This document shows, one piece after another, positions 1 through 14,962 of a stretch of DNA of 64,000 nt. The translations under genes were made by a program, and so were the position numbers. Within the stretch, counting starts at the first letter, position 1; the number at the start of each line of letters is the position of its first letter. The notes under the pieces were generated by a model. That model searched no databases and was not told the DNA's origin. It was given only the letters and a program-made list of their open reading frames with translations. The stretch comes from Mytilus edulis. Its lineage: Eukaryota. Location of the stretch: contig NC_092350.1 of assembly GCF_963676685.1 (NCBI RefSeq), positions 75,950,001 through 76,014,000 of the forward strand, read 5' to 3'.

Positions 1-282
1 ACAAAAGTCAACCAATTCAAGTTCCGTGAAATGTTTTTTAACAATGAAATTCCAATTTTTCACAATTCTATGTTTCAGACTGACCTCATCTGCCCATATG
101 AATATTTTCCTATTAATACGATCTGGCTCCATATTTACTAATCTGTGCCAGTGTCTTGCAATTACTTTCCATTGAGTATGGTAAATTGGAATCCACCCCA
201 TGTCTCCCATAATAGCTGGATTAGGTGTATATTTACCAACACCAAGGAAGAACCTACACGCTCTCATTTGAATCGCATTAAT
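1..282 (-). mobile_element. Non-LTR retrotransposon (LINE) ORF2 fragment, post-RT region, running off the window edge
   Basis: The minus frame from 282 is open for 94 codons: INAIQMRACRFFLGVGKYTPNPAIMGDMGWIP...RHWHRLVNMEPDRINRKIF...KNW. This resembles the thumb/C-terminal region of invertebrate LINE ORF2. The 5' side stops at the adjacent MITE. Confidence 0.75.
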
Positions 283-286
283 AAAG

Positions 287-507
287 GTCTCGTTGGGGTT
301 TAAACGTGACGCGAGATCGGTCGATTTAATTAAGCGTGACACGTGAAAGTCGAATAATGAAGCATGAAAACGGGAAACCGAAGTCCGGCGGGTCACGGGA
401 AATTGCTATTATGGCAAAGAGAAGCAGGATACCGGGAGTTCTCTCTAGACAATAAGCGGGATCCAGGATCAGACCACCCCAACCTCCAATGAGAGTCATG
501 AGACCCG
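287..507. mobile_element. Short GC-richer MITE-like repeat
   Basis: Imperfect terminal inverted repeats GGTCTCGTTGGGG ... CCAATGAGAG / ATGAGACCC. No clear TSD. Confidence 0.4.
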
Positions 508-854
508 TAAAGTCGGACATAAACTATCTGTATTTTAATAAAATTGTTTTCCTTGTCAACATATAAATTTTAAGCATGTGACCATGTATAAATTAAGGGT
601 CATTTAATTAAGAAGCAATTGTATGCAATTTATTGGATTTTTGTTTTGGCTGATAAATACACGTACTTGTCTGGCCAATCCTGGAGGAAAGGCCTACGTA
701 GTTAATTTATTTGTCTGTGTACAATGGTGTACTTTATAATATTATACACTACCCAATTAAAAGATCGTCTAGACATGTTAGAAGGGGTTCAATTCGGCAG
801 TCAACATTAGATCAGTCATTAACAGATATACAATTCCTTGTACATGTTGCTTAA

Positions 855-1402
855 AGGCTGTCAAATTCATGGTCACCGATTTGACTCAAATTCTCATATA
901 TTTGATTGTTGTTGTTACTTTTGTTTATGTCACAAGTATGTTACTTATATGACAAATAAAGATTATTTATTTATTTATAAAATGTAAAACATTTATCCAA
1001 ATAGATTAAAAATAGATCATGTAGATGTTTCTCATTGTTTTTAACCGTATAAGAATGATTTTGTGTGCATCGAATTAGTTATCAAATGATTTACCGTAGT
1101 TTCACTTGCATTGTTGACATTCTTTTTCTTTATAAATAACCAGTACACATACAATGCATGCGTTAGGGGTTAAATTGAAGTTCACATGAATATGGATTTA
1201 AAGAGGTCGACTCATTCACTTGCAAGTGAATAACTAATTATCAATGTTTCTTACCGTAATTTGACAAAATTGAACCTTTTTGGCTGCAAAAAGCGAATTG
1301 TTATTTCACTATTTCACTCATGAGCTATTTCACTTTCATATTTGATTGAACAGAAAAAAATCAAACTTTAGATTTTTTATATATATCATAGCTAGTGCCC
1401 CT
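855..1402. mobile_element. Degenerate copy of the TTAA-flanked (Kolobok-like) MITE at 19130-19813
   Basis: Ends in AGCTAGTGCCCCT|TTAA, shares internal blocks (ttcacttgcaagtgaataa, gttcacatgaat) with 44750-45433, and has an eroded left TIR after TTAA at 851. Confidence 0.65.
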
Positions 1403-2282
1403 TTAATGGGATAATGAAAATCTAATGCAATTATAGATTACTTCTTGCATTTAAACAATTTGTTACGAAAGAGAAAGATAATTTTACTAGTGCCTTCCTT
1501 ATCAGAATGATGTATTATCATGATTATTAGGTATAAGATTTATTTTATTATTATCGCACAATGTGGTTATATTTTTTCCTGTAATTTTGAACATATATAT
1601 TTAATACAAAAGTCTCTCTAAAATTGAAGTAACCTTTGCAGTGTAGCAGCATGTCCTGTTCATTTTCAATTTCGCCACTTTTACAGATTTCAGAAATTCT
1701 TTGTTCTCGGGGTAACTTTTAAATATCTTCCTCTTTCAATGGCAAGGTTATCAGCCCTTACTCTTATAATTTACATAATGCTGATCGATCTGATCTATTT
1801 CTTAAAGCATCACCATAACCTGCTCATTCACTCATTTTGTATCAGAAAACACTCTGGAAAAATGTTAATTTTGGAGAAGCTAAAATATTTGCATGTTGTT
1901 CATTTGTTCCTTTGTTCCTGAAAAACATGGACAATTAGTCTGTTTTATAAAACCAAACGGCGGTTTAATAGTAAGGTTATCATTTGAAAAATATGATAAA
2001 CCTCAGTTTTGAATAATAATATTTAACCTTTTAACCCATGAGGTTTTTTGGGGTTTTTTTTGTAGCAGTATATATTTGGTGAACTAAACTTCCTTTTGAA
2101 GTGATTAAATGGTCCCAGAATTTAATATACAAATAAAGAACACATAGCTTATTTAAAGAACCAACATCAAGGATCATCCATGATCCAGACCCTCGAATCT
2201 TTTATGTAGCAGTGAATAAAATAATATTGGTTGTAAAAGGAATATATCTTGTGAAAATCAATATGATTTTATTTCCCATAGC

Positions 2283-3731
2283 CAGGGCCGTAACTACATT
2301 GAGGCAAATGAGGCAAATGCCTCATGTTTTAAATCTAAAAAAAAAAAACTAAAACAAAAGATTGTCTTCATATGATTGTCTTCATATCAAATTGTTTTCA
2401 CTGAAAGTGTCTTGCAAGAAGCAAGTTCTCTTCACTCTCTGATGTCGCCCCTGCATATTTTTCGTAATCCATATTTCTATTTTACTTTTGGTTTTCAGAG
2501 TTGATGGTCTTTTGTTTGTACTTCTGTGTCCCGGGTTTGTCTTTTGTTCATTTATTGTCCTACTTAATGACTAATCTGAGTGTTGATTTTAATTTGTAAA
2601 CGTGTCACACTGTGTAATGTTGCATGTCCACTAATGTCCAGGCATTATGCGAGAAAGTATTTTTAGAATATACGATGCTACTGGACACAGAAAAAAGTGG
2701 TCGTTTCTGCATGGAGAATTGATTCAGAATTGGACTTGATATCAAAGAATACGAAACTGCCTTTCTTGTATATAAAACCATACCCAATTTTTCTTAGTAT
2801 AGAGTGCAAAATTAGGTATTTTCTGTAGGTGAGATATGCACAGAAGTAATAGATATGTATTATAAATATAGAAAATTGAATATCTAACTTAATCAAAAAA
2901 AAACAAAAAAACAAAAAAAAAAACTGTATCATGTACCCAAGCGCCTGTGGATAAAAATAGATAGCTGACATGGTTTCAATTAAAGTGAAACCACCAATTT
3001 CCCGGTATCAAATCATTTGTTGAAAAAAACATCAATGTATTGCCATATATATGACCTTTTACATTCAAGGGTTAAATTTGCATTAAGTCGTGTTCAGACC
3101 CTTTAACAGAAAGAAAAAAGGAATATGAAATACACGTGCACGGTAGCTAATCGCACACAATGTCAATGTATAAAGAAAAAAATACAAATGATCAATGGTC
3201 AAAGTTTTTATTCCTGTTCTTCATCTTGATAGTTGCTGGAGGGTCTTCAATAATGAAATAATCATAAATACCGTAAAACAAGGTCAATTGGTCCCTAGTG
3301 TCGACTTGAGCAATACTAGTATTTAGCGTATATTACTGCACTTGTGACTGTCACTATATTTAAATCTAGTCATAAAAAATAAGCACAATACAAGACAAGA
3401 ACAGAAAGACAGACAGATCCGGTATTAATGATTATGTGAATTACGATTTTTGCTTTATCCTACATATCGGTCTTTTAATGTTTTGAATTTCCCTAAATCT
3501 TTAAAGTGAATCTATGTTTTTGCTTTGAGACCAGAATATTGTTGAAAAAATAGCTAAAAATGATTTGCGTTTCTATGTAAGAAAGAGTCCGGGAAACGCT
3601 CAGAATGCACAATTTTGCGTTATTTTTCTCAGAGCTTCAGAGCTTCTGAGCTTCAGAGCATCTGAGCTTCAGAGCTTAAGCGGTCCCAAGACCCCTTGCC
3701 TCAGTATTAAAAGGGGCTAGTTACGGCCCTG
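2283..3731. mobile_element. Non-autonomous DNA transposon, CAG..CTG termini, 5-bp TSD (hAT5-like)
   Basis: TIRs CAGGGCCGTAACTA / TAGTTACGGCCCTG, flanked by the direct repeat ATAGC (2278-2282, 3732-3736). Confidence 0.8.
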
Positions 3732-4596
3732 ATAGCTAATGTTTGGGAAATAATAAAACTGAATTGAGGGGCGTCATCAGATTGTTATTGTTATTCAGTA
3801 ATAAAATATAATTTGTCTCAGAATCTTTTTTTCTGTATATTATATACCTTTTAACATGTTTAAAATTAATTGTATTCAGGAATATACCTGATATAGAGGT
3901 GGTGGTGGTGGTTTGGGGGGGGGGGGGGGGTGACAATTAAGTTCCTGTGTATCTCATCTTTATGGTACTCACAAGACTTGACTGAATCAGGCTCAAAAAA
4001 TGAGTTTGCCACGGTTTTCAAAATGTATGATTGTGTCTATTAATTTACGTTTACGTACACTACATAATTTAGTAAGCATGGTACGTATAAAGTGCATTCA
4101 CATATTAACTTATTAAAAGGGAATAAAAATACATTGGATATGCTGTTGCAGCATTTCAAAGCGAAAGTAGATTTTTTTTTTAATTTTGTATTATAAAACT
4201 TAGCTAAAATAATGAAGCCTGTCCGCTTTATTTTAAAATGAAAATTTGACTTACCGCTAAATATGAAAGCACGTGTTTTTGTTTACGGAAATAAATGCTA
4301 TTTAGGGAGAATTGGTTGCAATTTTTAGATGTGTAGTACATAATACGTAATTATAAGATAACAGTTATTTGTTTGGTAATTAAAAAAAATAGTCTTTCTT
4401 GCTTATAAAGTATGCATTAAAAATAATAAGCTTTACAGGCTAATTTTGTAATATCATTGTAGTAAAATTTAAGCAATCAAATTAAGACGGATCCCGATAT
4501 TTCAGCTCTTTAATGTTGAAGGGAAAAAAGCTACAAATGTAAACAAAAACCTTCTGATCTGAGATTTTGTGACCGAGTCAGTTTGATAACAAAAAA

Positions 4597-7500
4597 ATGT
4601 CAGTTGCAGCTATTAACAGATTATTGCTGTCAGGGCAGTATGCTACTGTACTGTCGGTAGTTAAAGGTTTCAGAAATGGGGCCGTGTAAGTCATATAATA
4701 GAGAATGTTATTTTTTTCAGTGTTGTCGTTGCCGTTGGTCGTCTTTCATGTCAAACTGAAACATACATGTCTTCTTCTTTTTATGGTATCCAGTTATCCA
4801 TCAGATTATTGATGATTACTAACATACTTTATCTCAAACTTCTATCAGATACATGTACCGTAAATATTCAATTTCTATACATGTCAACAACATCAGGACG
4901 TTCCGGACCCTAATCGATCATGTCGATTCGTTAGTCCAAATAAGTATGACGTCTTGAAAGACTATTATAATTTGTTTTCTTTGACTCCTTACTTTAAAGT
5001 TATAGCCTTTCAAGACGTCATATTTATTTGGACTTATCGATTCGTCACACCCGGACCCTCATTGATTCGACGCAAAGATAAATCAAAATCAAATCAAATA
5101 AATTTCTCCTCTGATTAATAAGATGCTACATTTTGTACATGTATCGTGAAGTCATCTTTTCTAAAAAGTAATCAGTTCTCGATAGCAATTCGCAGGTTTA
5201 AAATATATTTCACGAGATTACACATGTTTTCTGTTTGTCTGTATTTCAAGAACAGAGCAAAAAACTTGCTTCTAGCAAGCAATAATTTCTCCATTTCAAG
5301 TTTTCAGACATGGTATCTTACTGTAGTCTAAAATCAGTCATCTTGTTGTTTTGTTCAGATTTTGTTATTGTACTTATCACATGGGAAAACTCCACATTGA
5401 AGTCACAACCCTAATACTAAATAGTAAACAATAACTTTAAGTGTATGAATCTCTCTGAAATTAAACCACAAGTTTCCATACCATGAAGGGATTGTTAGTA
5501 TTAAATTTTGGGGGTTATGACTCAAAATGTTTTGGAATTAGGGGCAAAAAGGGGAAAAACTAGGTATTTCTGGTCAATGGACAATTAATACAATGTAAAA
5601 GCAGTGTAAGGGAGGTAATTCTAACATTTATCTTACAATGTTGGGTATGTTTTCAGATTAACCTCCCTTACACTACTTGTATATTATGTATAAAGAAATG
5701 TCAGGTTAAAAACTGATTGCCAAAAAAGGGGAAGGGTAGGTGTTTTCATTTTTTTTTTCTTCAAATTTCTCAAATTCCAAATTTTTGAAAAGTTAAACGA
5801 AGAAATCTTTAATTGCACAATATTGCACAATAGATTTGTAAGATCTTGACATTTGTTTTGTGTCAGAAACTCATATAATGTCAAAATATTTATCGCAATC
5901 CAAATTCTGAGCTGTATCAAGCTTGAATGTTGTGTCCATACTTGCCCCAAGTGTTCAGGATTTGACTTCAGCGGTCATATAAAGCTACACCCTGCGGAGC
6001 ACCTGCTTTACTTTTATAACCATAACATTATACTTTTTGACATAATTACATAATTGCATATAACATGTATAACATGTTTAAAGCAAAATTGCAACATTGA
6101 CTTTACATGCTTTAAGATTCCTTAATGCATCTTCGCTAGCCAAGGGTTACGATCCACCCCCGCTCTCTTCACCCTTGGCGGATTGAGATAATATTTCGGA
6201 GACACAAGGTAAGGATTTTTATTGGTTGCAGTAGAAACTCGCTGCATCCAATCAAAAAGCGCCTATAACATGATCACGTGTAAATGTAGAAAGTGTTTGT
6301 AAACAATTGCCAAGTGTTTATTGTGCAACAAGTCTTTACATCTATAAACTTACGACTATATCTAGTGACAACTTGAATGTTTTTAATCATCTAATAGAAG
6401 TTTCTGTGTATGTTTCATTCACAAATGCATGAATGTTGACGTATATTTTCGTTTCCCGCTTTACCAAGTGGGTAGAATCTAGATGCTACCATGTTTTTAC
6501 CTCCAAACTGAAGAGTTCAAGTGCTACCATTGGTCAAAAATAATGTATTCGGAATGGGCATGACTTTAATCTTCCAGTAGATGGCGCAATATTAATATCA
6601 CAAATGTGGCTCAATCCGCCAAGGGTGAAGAGAGCGGGAGTGGATCGTAACCCTTGGCTAGCGAAGATGTCCTTAATGAAAAGGATCTAAAAAAACTTAA
6701 GTGATAGGATTGAAAATGTATAGGAAACACACATACTTTTTTGTTGTCGTAATTAAATTGTACAATCAATATAAATTCCCTTATATACCATGTATACATG
6801 TACATATATTTTACTTTAATAGTTTGAAACAGATAACATTTTTTGACATACATTTGTACATTAATGTATACTTTTATTATGATCTTACTAAGAGTATGCG
6901 TTTGTCTTTTCAGCTATGGCGCTAAGGTCCGGTTTCCACATTCACTGGTAATGGCATTCTTGTTTAAAAGAGAAAGGTAGGTAAAAGTAAAATAACAAAG
7001 ATCAGGAACGCCAAGGAAAACCTGAAAAAAGGTTCCATATCAAATGGCAAAACCAAATAGCTCAAACACATCAAACGACTGAAAAAACTCATTTTTCCTG
7101 ACTTCGTACATCAATTTCCTTTCTTATGTAAAGTCAATTTAAGAAAATTTAAGGAGATACGTAGCCTGCCAGGAACAAATAGTACACTTAACACTTAACT
7201 GTATGAACTTTATGTTGAGTAATAAAGACAAATAGTAGTATATTCTATTCTATTGGAGTAGTATATATGGTGTCAAGCTTGGGACAAATTCTAGAAAAAC
7301 AAAAGAAAAAAAAATTTGTACAAAAATTTGTAAAACAATACAGACCATGGCGCGGGACGTTTGCGCTTTTTCATAGGACACTTGCGCTTTTTATTTTGGA
7401 CACTTGCGCTTAAAATCATAGTACATTTGCGGTTTTAAAAAAAAAGGACATTTGCAGTTTTAAAAAAAAGGACATTTGCGCTTTTGCAATATTTGGTTTT

Positions 7501-10500
7501 TATCACTTCCCTTCTCTTTGAAAGTTTCTAAAAAAAATTTCATAGTACAGTACATTCGTGTCATTGGACATTGATATATGTTTAAAAGTTTATATACAGC
7601 TAAAAGTAAACATTCTAAAGACATAAAGACACTTACAGTCATCACAAGTCAGTTTTTGCTAAATATTTGAAGACTAAGGAGTGAAAAATTTAGCTCTTGT
7701 TATCTGTTCTGACTGGTATTTCGTCCACATTTCAAATACAAAAATCAAGTTTCTCTATCTCAATTCTTGACTGGGGTGCCAGTTTATCAATGTAACGAAT
7801 CTTAATGTAATTCACTGACTGTTGTACAATGATACTCGTCAAAAAGATAAACATAGCAGGATGAGTCATGTAAATTGTGATTCAATTGTCACATAATTTT
7901 CTGTCAGGTAGTCTGCAAATTTTGAACACCTAAGTTCACTTATACATATGTAAAAAGCACAAATGTCCCATAACTTTAATATAGATGAATCAAAATCTAA
8001 AGCGCAAATGTCCATTGTATTTGAAGCGCAAATGTCCTATCGTTTTACAGGTAAAAAAGCGCAAACGTCCTGTGCCCACAGACCACTTGTTACCAAGAGA
8101 ATTATTTACCTGTACATTTACTATTAAATAAATTGTACTTGTTCATGTACAAGTATTATCCCTGACCGTCCGTCATCATGTACTGTAACAGTAAATAAAA
8201 TATTCATGTATAAGTATAATCCCTGACTGTCATTTAGTCTTACACTTACAGAAATTATATGTGTATAATTTAGTTCCTGTAAGTGTAAGACTAAATGACA
8301 GTTACTATATTTAAATTTCATATGTATTAATTAAACATTTTTCCCTTAAAAATTGGAGATGACATACATTCAATTGCTAAATAGTTGAAATCGATTAACA
8401 ATGACATGATTAAGGCTCAAATCATTTCTGCTTGGTTTTCCAACAGTTTCTTATAAAAGAAATATGAGCAATGAGGTAGAAACTGCTTTGTCAAATTATT
8501 TATTTTATACAGCACACATGTTTCATATATTTTTAGATTTGAATTTTTTCCTATTTTTTTTTAAATGTTTTTGATGAATAAAGTATGGCTGATATTATGG
8601 AAATTTTTTATACTTTAGATCAATGAATTTTAAATAGGGTAAACATACTTGATGTTCTGTACAAAAACAGTGCTAGTCCAAAACTGGTTTTCTTTATGAA
8701 AACAAAATTTTGAAACTTTCATACAACTTATTTATACTCCACTCACTCTGATATTAAGGTTCAGTACAAAAAAACAAACATGTATACAAGTCACCATGAC
8801 ATTACTTGGTGTTGAAGAAATGGACAAAGAGAGATAACTCTAATATTTATTATAGACAGTCATGTTTTTGTTAAATGCAAAAAAAAGTCTTAAATACATT
8901 GAATTGCAGTACAAGATAAGTCTGTCAAAATTTAATAAAAAATATATTGTCAAAGGATTCACAAGACATGGTACTTTTAAAAATATTTATGATCGCTCGT
9001 AATAGTAATACAATACCGGCAGAGAATAATTTTGCTCATAATATATAGTAATTTTAAGAAGATACCAGTAGAATGAGCAGAGGATATTTACAAGTGTTTA
9101 AACATGTTAAAGTCATAAGAAACCAGTGACCGGCGAAAAATAATGTTCTTCCAATTCTTGAACCAATGCATACAAACATCATAAACTTAGTCTTTTGTGC
9201 ACATATTTATCCTTTTTTTCGTGTAAATTTCGTATAATCGTCAATTTTTTTTTCAATCGGTCAGTGTTGTTGTGAAAATATGGCAGGTAATTAAAGTGTG
9301 TGTTTTGAAGCCGAAGTTTAACGATTGTCACCTGTTTGTCAACGATTGACAAAAACTCAACAAAAAAGCATGGAAATTGAGCATGTGTTAAACATGTAAA
9401 TTCAGATGATAGTTTATTTTAAGGACATCAATGCGTATTGCGATCACCGGATTTTATGAGATAGGTCACACTGAGGTCACTTTGCATATGGAAAATATGT
9501 CGGGGGAATTGCTTCCTTGAAGCAATTAAAATAAAGTAAACTTCTTCTTAATATGAATCGATTAAAGAATTTTCTTCAGAAAAAAGTATATGTACATAAG
9601 TTTTATAATGAAAACTATCCATCGAGTTATAAAAAAACATATGCATTTTTTTTTAATTTGAGGTTTCTTATGACTTTAAAATGAAAATGAATATTATGCA
9701 GTCAGGGGTATTCGGGTACTACTTGTTCAAGTTATTTTTGATTAGTTGAAGAATTAAATATTAATATATAAGCATATTAAAAGTTAATTTGTAAGATACT
9801 CCTAAGTAAATTTGTGGAGAAAATTAAGGGGAGATTATTCAAACCTTATCAGAAAATATGAACATAACAAATTTACTTAAAAAAAGTATGTTTTCATTTA
9901 TTTATATACTTCTTCATGTAAATGAAAATTGAAAGTATATTATTGTTTATATTCATAAAATAATTAGTTAAATAAGTAACAAGTTAACAGTTCCACCTCA
10001 ATCAATTTCATCCTTCCATTGGGACTCTTCAGGATAACTGATACCGCATTGTTATGGGCGACTTTGTTAAGGAGGTTTGTGACTTTCCACATTGTTTGTA
10101 ACTAAAAGTTCTTGGGATTATTATTTATTTATATATTTCTTCATGTTAATAGAAATAAGTTGTACAAGTAGTACCCCTGACTGTTATGTGAAATTCTATA
10201 TTTGCACTCACTATTTATCTTGTATATGTAAAAAGGATTGGAACGAAAATTGTTAATACAAACAAAATGTACCAAGTGCTATAAAAGATATAAAAAATGG
10301 TTACAAACTTTTTACACATAAAAATAACTATCTGTTAACTATTACATGTATTAATTTATTTTACAGTCCAAAAGATATGGCAAGAGGAATCTTAGAAGCA
10401 ACATTTACACATTCTAAGAACTTGGCCATGTTTGTGTTCCTGTATAAATCGTTGACTAGTTTGATGTCATGGTTACAGTCAGAAAAGGTTGAGTTTCACT

Positions 10501-12071
10501 CCTTTATGGCAGCATTTGTTGGAGGATATTTGGTTTTTGGTAGATACAATAAAGTTAATGAACAAGTAAGTTTACAAAACAAAAAGTTTAAGCGAGCAGT
10601 AAGGTGTTTATTTATATTTCTTGATTCAGAATAAGTGATGGTGTGAATGCTGCTGACACAGCTTGTAAAACTAACAAATTTCATGACTTTTGTGAGTAGA
10701 AAATTAAGTCAGAAACGAAAACAGAAAAGGTTGAGAAATAACCCCAAAAAGTTGATTGAATACTTAGAAGTTCATTAAATAAGGACTTGACATGAGAAAA
10801 GTGTCTGTTATGTTGGTTTACAGATCTAGAACATACATGCATTTACCATAGAAAAAGAATAATTATGATAACATTAACTGTAATAGGCAAATACTTTTTA
10901 TCCTGATTTGCATTCATAGCAATTTTTAAGCATAATCTCTACTGCTGTAGAGTCTTGAGACTGCCAAGGTTTCAGACAAATTTGAATCATATATATTTCA
11001 AGCCAAATTTTAATGAAGATAAACTTTCCTCATATATACTTCTAAACAGATTATTGGACCTTTTACATGTGTAATTGAGGTCTTTTCAAACATATTAATT
11101 TGAAAAATATACACACGTCACATGTAGAATGTGCTACAACCATCACTTTATATTCTATATGTACTCTTGATACTATGAAAAACAAGAAACTGTTTAAACT
11201 TAACTCTATATTATAAAAAGATTTAACTTGGAAGTTGATTTGATAATATTATGTTCAAGGGGAAATAACTCAATGTACATTTGCTAAACAAAATATTTTC
11301 ATGTTGCTTTTCATGTACAAGTCATGAATTGTACACAATAATTTAACTACATGTGAAACAACACAAAATACCAAATCCTTTCAACATAATATACAATTTT
11401 ATATAAACATGTTTCAGAATGTAGTGCTTGCCTTTAACATGTTTAACAAAATTTGGGTATTGTATAATATATAAAGTAGGGAGATGAGTTATGATTGCCA
11501 ATGAGAAAAATTTTCACCACAGTACAACTAAAATGGATGTAAGGAATCAAAGGCAGCCTTCAACAATGAGCAAAGACTATACTGCATATTCAGCTATAAA
11601 AGACCCCTAAATGATAAATTTTAAACAATTCAAACAGGAAAACTTAATTGTCCTAAATAAATAATGAACAAAAACAAATATGTTACACAAATACTGACTT
11701 GAAACAGGCACCTACAGAATGTTGTGGGGTTCTTTTTTTTGTCATGGTTTATCAATAATTGTAACTTAAAACATAGCACAAGGTACAAAGTAGATTTTTG
11801 ATAAAAAATATTTGTATTTTAGATTAATTTGTACCTGCTATCAAGAATTTTATATGGATTAGCCAAGTTAGGAGTTCAAAAAGGATATATACCGAAACCC
11901 AAGCATGACACTTTTCCATTCTTTGCTGCAATAGTTTGGGGAGTAGTTCTGTGGATGTTTGAGTATCACAAGGACACATTACAGCCGTCACTGAAATCAT
12001 CCATGACGTATTTATACCATGACAGTAACCAATGGAATAGCTTCAAAAATTTCCTTATATACAACAAATGA
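4597..12071 (+). CDS. PXMP4: Peroxisomal membrane protein 4 (PMP24); exons 4597-4685, 6914-6976, 10367-10565, 11823-12071; 199 aa
   Basis: Four GT-AG exons join in frame (89+63+199+249 = 600 nt): MSVAAINRLL...VKGFRNGAV|YGAKVRFPHSLVMAFLF...|PKDMARGILEATFTHSKNLA...GGYLVFGRYNKVNEQ|INLYLLSRILYGL...FPFFAAIVWGVVLWMFEYH...LQPSLKSSMTYLYHDSN. These motifs match recalled PXMP4. Confidence 0.95.
4924..5043. repeat. Small fold-back (~35-bp inverted repeat) in PXMP4 intron 1
   Basis: agtccaaataagtatgacgtcttgaaag ... ctttcaagacgtcatatttatttggact, with ccggaccct repeated on both sides. Confidence 0.6.
6128..6669. mobile_element. Mutator-like MITE, ~60-bp TIRs, 9-bp TSD
   Basis: TIR CATCTTCGCTAGCCAAGGGTTACGATCCAC...GGCGGATTGAG is mirrored at 6610-6669. 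TSD TCCTTAATG on both sides (6119-6127, 6670-6678). Confidence 0.85.
7348..8077. mobile_element. MITE with subterminal (ggacatttgcgct) repeats, 8-bp TSD
   Basis: Termini GGCGCGGGACGTTTGCGCTTTT / AAAAGCGCAAACGTCCTGTGCCC. TSD ACAGACCA at 7340-7347 and 8078-8085. Confidence 0.8.
9111..9675. mobile_element. Kolobok-like MITE (TTAA TSD)
   Basis: TTAA|AGTCATAAGAAACC ... GGTTTCTTATGACT|TTAA. Confidence 0.75.
9699..10183. mobile_element. MITE, CAG..CTG termini, 5-bp TSD
   Basis: TIR CAGTCAGGGGTA..GTACTACTTGT / ACAAGTAGTACCCCTGACTG. TSD TTATG on both sides. Confidence 0.8.
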
Positions 12072-12856
12072 TTATATTTTTTGTAATATGTTTTAACTGT
12101 GATTTGAACAATCAATTCAAGTCTTTCATCATGTATAGATTCTTTCAATTTTTTTATCACTTTTGTAGAAAACATTAAAACTTATTAGCTGTGTCAGATA
12201 GAAATTAACATTATGTAAATAAATACCAATATATCTTTTAACCCTCCGGGGATGAAAATATGCTGCTTTGAGAAAATCTATAAAATAGACATACTAGGCC
12301 TCAATCTTTTACTTCCTATTTGATTGAATGTTTGAAAATGAATCACAGTCTTATACATGTACATGTATATGTGCACTTGCATAAGGTTGAACTCTATCTT
12401 ACACGGCTCATATATAAATCTCCTACTAGTACTGTAGACATGGTAGAGACATGACATTTGCAACTTTAAAAGTTTGTGATTATTTTTTTAAATAATTTTG
12501 AGTGGATAAAATGGGTAAGATGACTGTCTATGTGATTTTATATTTGTCCAAATGAAACTTGCCCCATAATTTATTTTAAAAACAGAAGACATATAAATGT
12601 ACTAAAATATTTTTTGTAATTAAAAAGGCATATGATTTTACAACTTGTATCGTTTTATTTATAGACGTATAAATTGAAAAAATGTATCAAACAAACTCTT
12701 ACAGAAGTGCATAAAAAAAGTTTGTCATTATTAAATTTTTGATATATTTTTGTTAATGCATTAAGACATTTCGCATCACAAGGTGCAAAACAAAAAAATT
12801 CCCCCAAATTGTGTTCTTATAACTTCTTACTTGAACATTTGTAAAATGACCATTAA

Positions 12857-14495
12857 GGAGGCTTGCCGGTAAAAAAAATTCAGCCAAAAATTAAACTTTT
12901 GTTTTTTCATTACAAGTTTTATATATTACACTATTAGTTATTACTTTTATCAGTGATCTGGAAGGTTTTTTTCACTATGGGCCCCTCAAAAATAAATTCA
13001 ATGGGCCATTTTAAAAAATAATGGGCCATGTTGTCAAATGAGTGGGCCATTTTAATTGACTTCTGTAAAAGAAATTTATCAGTATATTTTGGCAAAGAGG
13101 TGTTGATACTTACCTTTATGATTTAAAATAAAATCACGGATATTGTTCCTGTGATTTTATAATTTCAATTTCAATGAATATACAATAACTTCTTCCAACC
13201 CCAACAATATTTAAGTCAACCTTTATTTACAATGTTTAAACTGGTACTGTTGCCTTGTTCATGTTCATGTTTTTTTTTTGTACATTAAATTTGGGTCTTT
13301 GTCGATACCACACTTATTCTAGACGTTCCGTATCAGAGAACATTTCAGGCATTTCCTCTGCACTTCTTGTATTATTATAACTTCATCACGGTGACAAGAA
13401 TAACAGTATAGAGTACCATTATTTCATAGAACATAACATCAAATCGCTGAAGTCATGTTTACAAAATGTGAAAACGAGCCAAAGACAAAAAAATGACAAG
13501 GACAGTTAGGCGTCTTTTATGGAGACAAAAACTATATTCCTAAAAAGTCTTGGGGTTCTTCAATCGAAATAATAGCAAGCTAAACTCAATGAGATTATTA
13601 TTAGAGTTAAATCTCGTCTGTACTTGCCAAATTTCACAAATTTAAAGTTGTTTATAAGCAAATATATCATGAATGATGGTTAATTGCGTTTTTCGAGTTA
13701 TCAGTTAGACCGCAAGGTTCTATTATTACAATAGGAAAACATCGAGACGTTAAATCGCATGGTTCTATTATGATAGGGAAACACCCGAGACGTCCCAAAA
13801 GTATATAGGTGCTCCTATTATTGGAGGAACATTACACAGTTGTGAACACACACATTGCGGCACGGAACACGATCGGAAATTCATTTGACGATATCTAAAC
13901 ATTTCGAAACGAAGTGAAAAATATCGTGCGCCACGTGGGCGCTTACATTTGTCACTGTATGCGCCATTTCTTGTCAATATGCGCTATAGGCGCAGGGCGC
14001 ACGTCCTTCCCGATCACTGCTTTTATTGTTATATGGTATAAAAATCAAACAAAAAAAGTGATTCAGTTTGGCCCCAGATGACTTTTAAAATGTTTTTATC
14101 ATTGCAGAAGCTCCAAATTATCTCCATTTGGTGCAAAAAATGCAATTTTTTGGCATTAAAATTGAAATATCTTTTTTAACTCATCGGTGACCTATATTTT
14201 TTATTATTGTTTTCAAATAAGCTTTACATAAACTAAATAATTGTAAAATTTTATCGATTTCTGTAATTTAATTCTTTTTTTATTTCGATATTACTTTTAT
14301 TTCTCCTATTAGTTCAACAGAAAAAAAGGACATTAACAAAAATGTATGCTTTGAAGGCAAATTGTGAGCTTAAATGAACAGTGACCCCATGTTTTCATTT
14401 CATTTTTCTATGAAGTATACGATAAAGTTCATTTATGAAAAAATATAGAGAAATCCTATATTAGGGGAATAAAACTATTTAGACCCGCCAGCCCC
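12857..14495. mobile_element. Kolobok-like MITE interrupted by a nested MITE
   Basis: TTAA|GGAGGCTTGCCGGT ... ACCCGCCAGCCCC|TTAC, with an internal insertion at 12951-14019. Confidence 0.6.
12951..14019. mobile_element. Nested non-autonomous DNA transposon, CAGTG termini, 7-bp TSD
   Basis: TIR CAGTGATCTGGAAGG / CCTTCCCGATCACTG. CTTTTAT is duplicated on both sides. Confidence 0.75.
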
Positions 14496-14962
14496 TTACG
14501 GGTAAATTATATATCAAGTGTGATATCACTAATGGCTTTTGCCAAACTTTTCACATGTATGTACATTTATTACTGAAACCAACATTATTTACAATGTTAT
14601 TTTCTTCCATTTTGCATCATTGCATCTGTACAAAAAGTTGATATAATCTAATTAAAATTTGGTTTTAATTAGATAGAGATTTTATTCAAGATAATAAAAT
14701 GATTTGTACTTCTTGTTTCAATATTGATTAATGTATTTACTTTAATATAAATAATTCATTATATACATGTATATATTATGTATTTATAATTATATATAAA
14801 TATAATTTACCCAAATGCTTTGTTTGCCCTGAAAAAATAAATGTTAGAAATTTGATAGAAGTTCAGAAATAAGTGTGTTCATTTATTGTTGAGATTGTTT
14901 AACAATCATCAATCAATTCAGAATTGCAAGGCTGCATACAAATAATGATATCAAATATAATA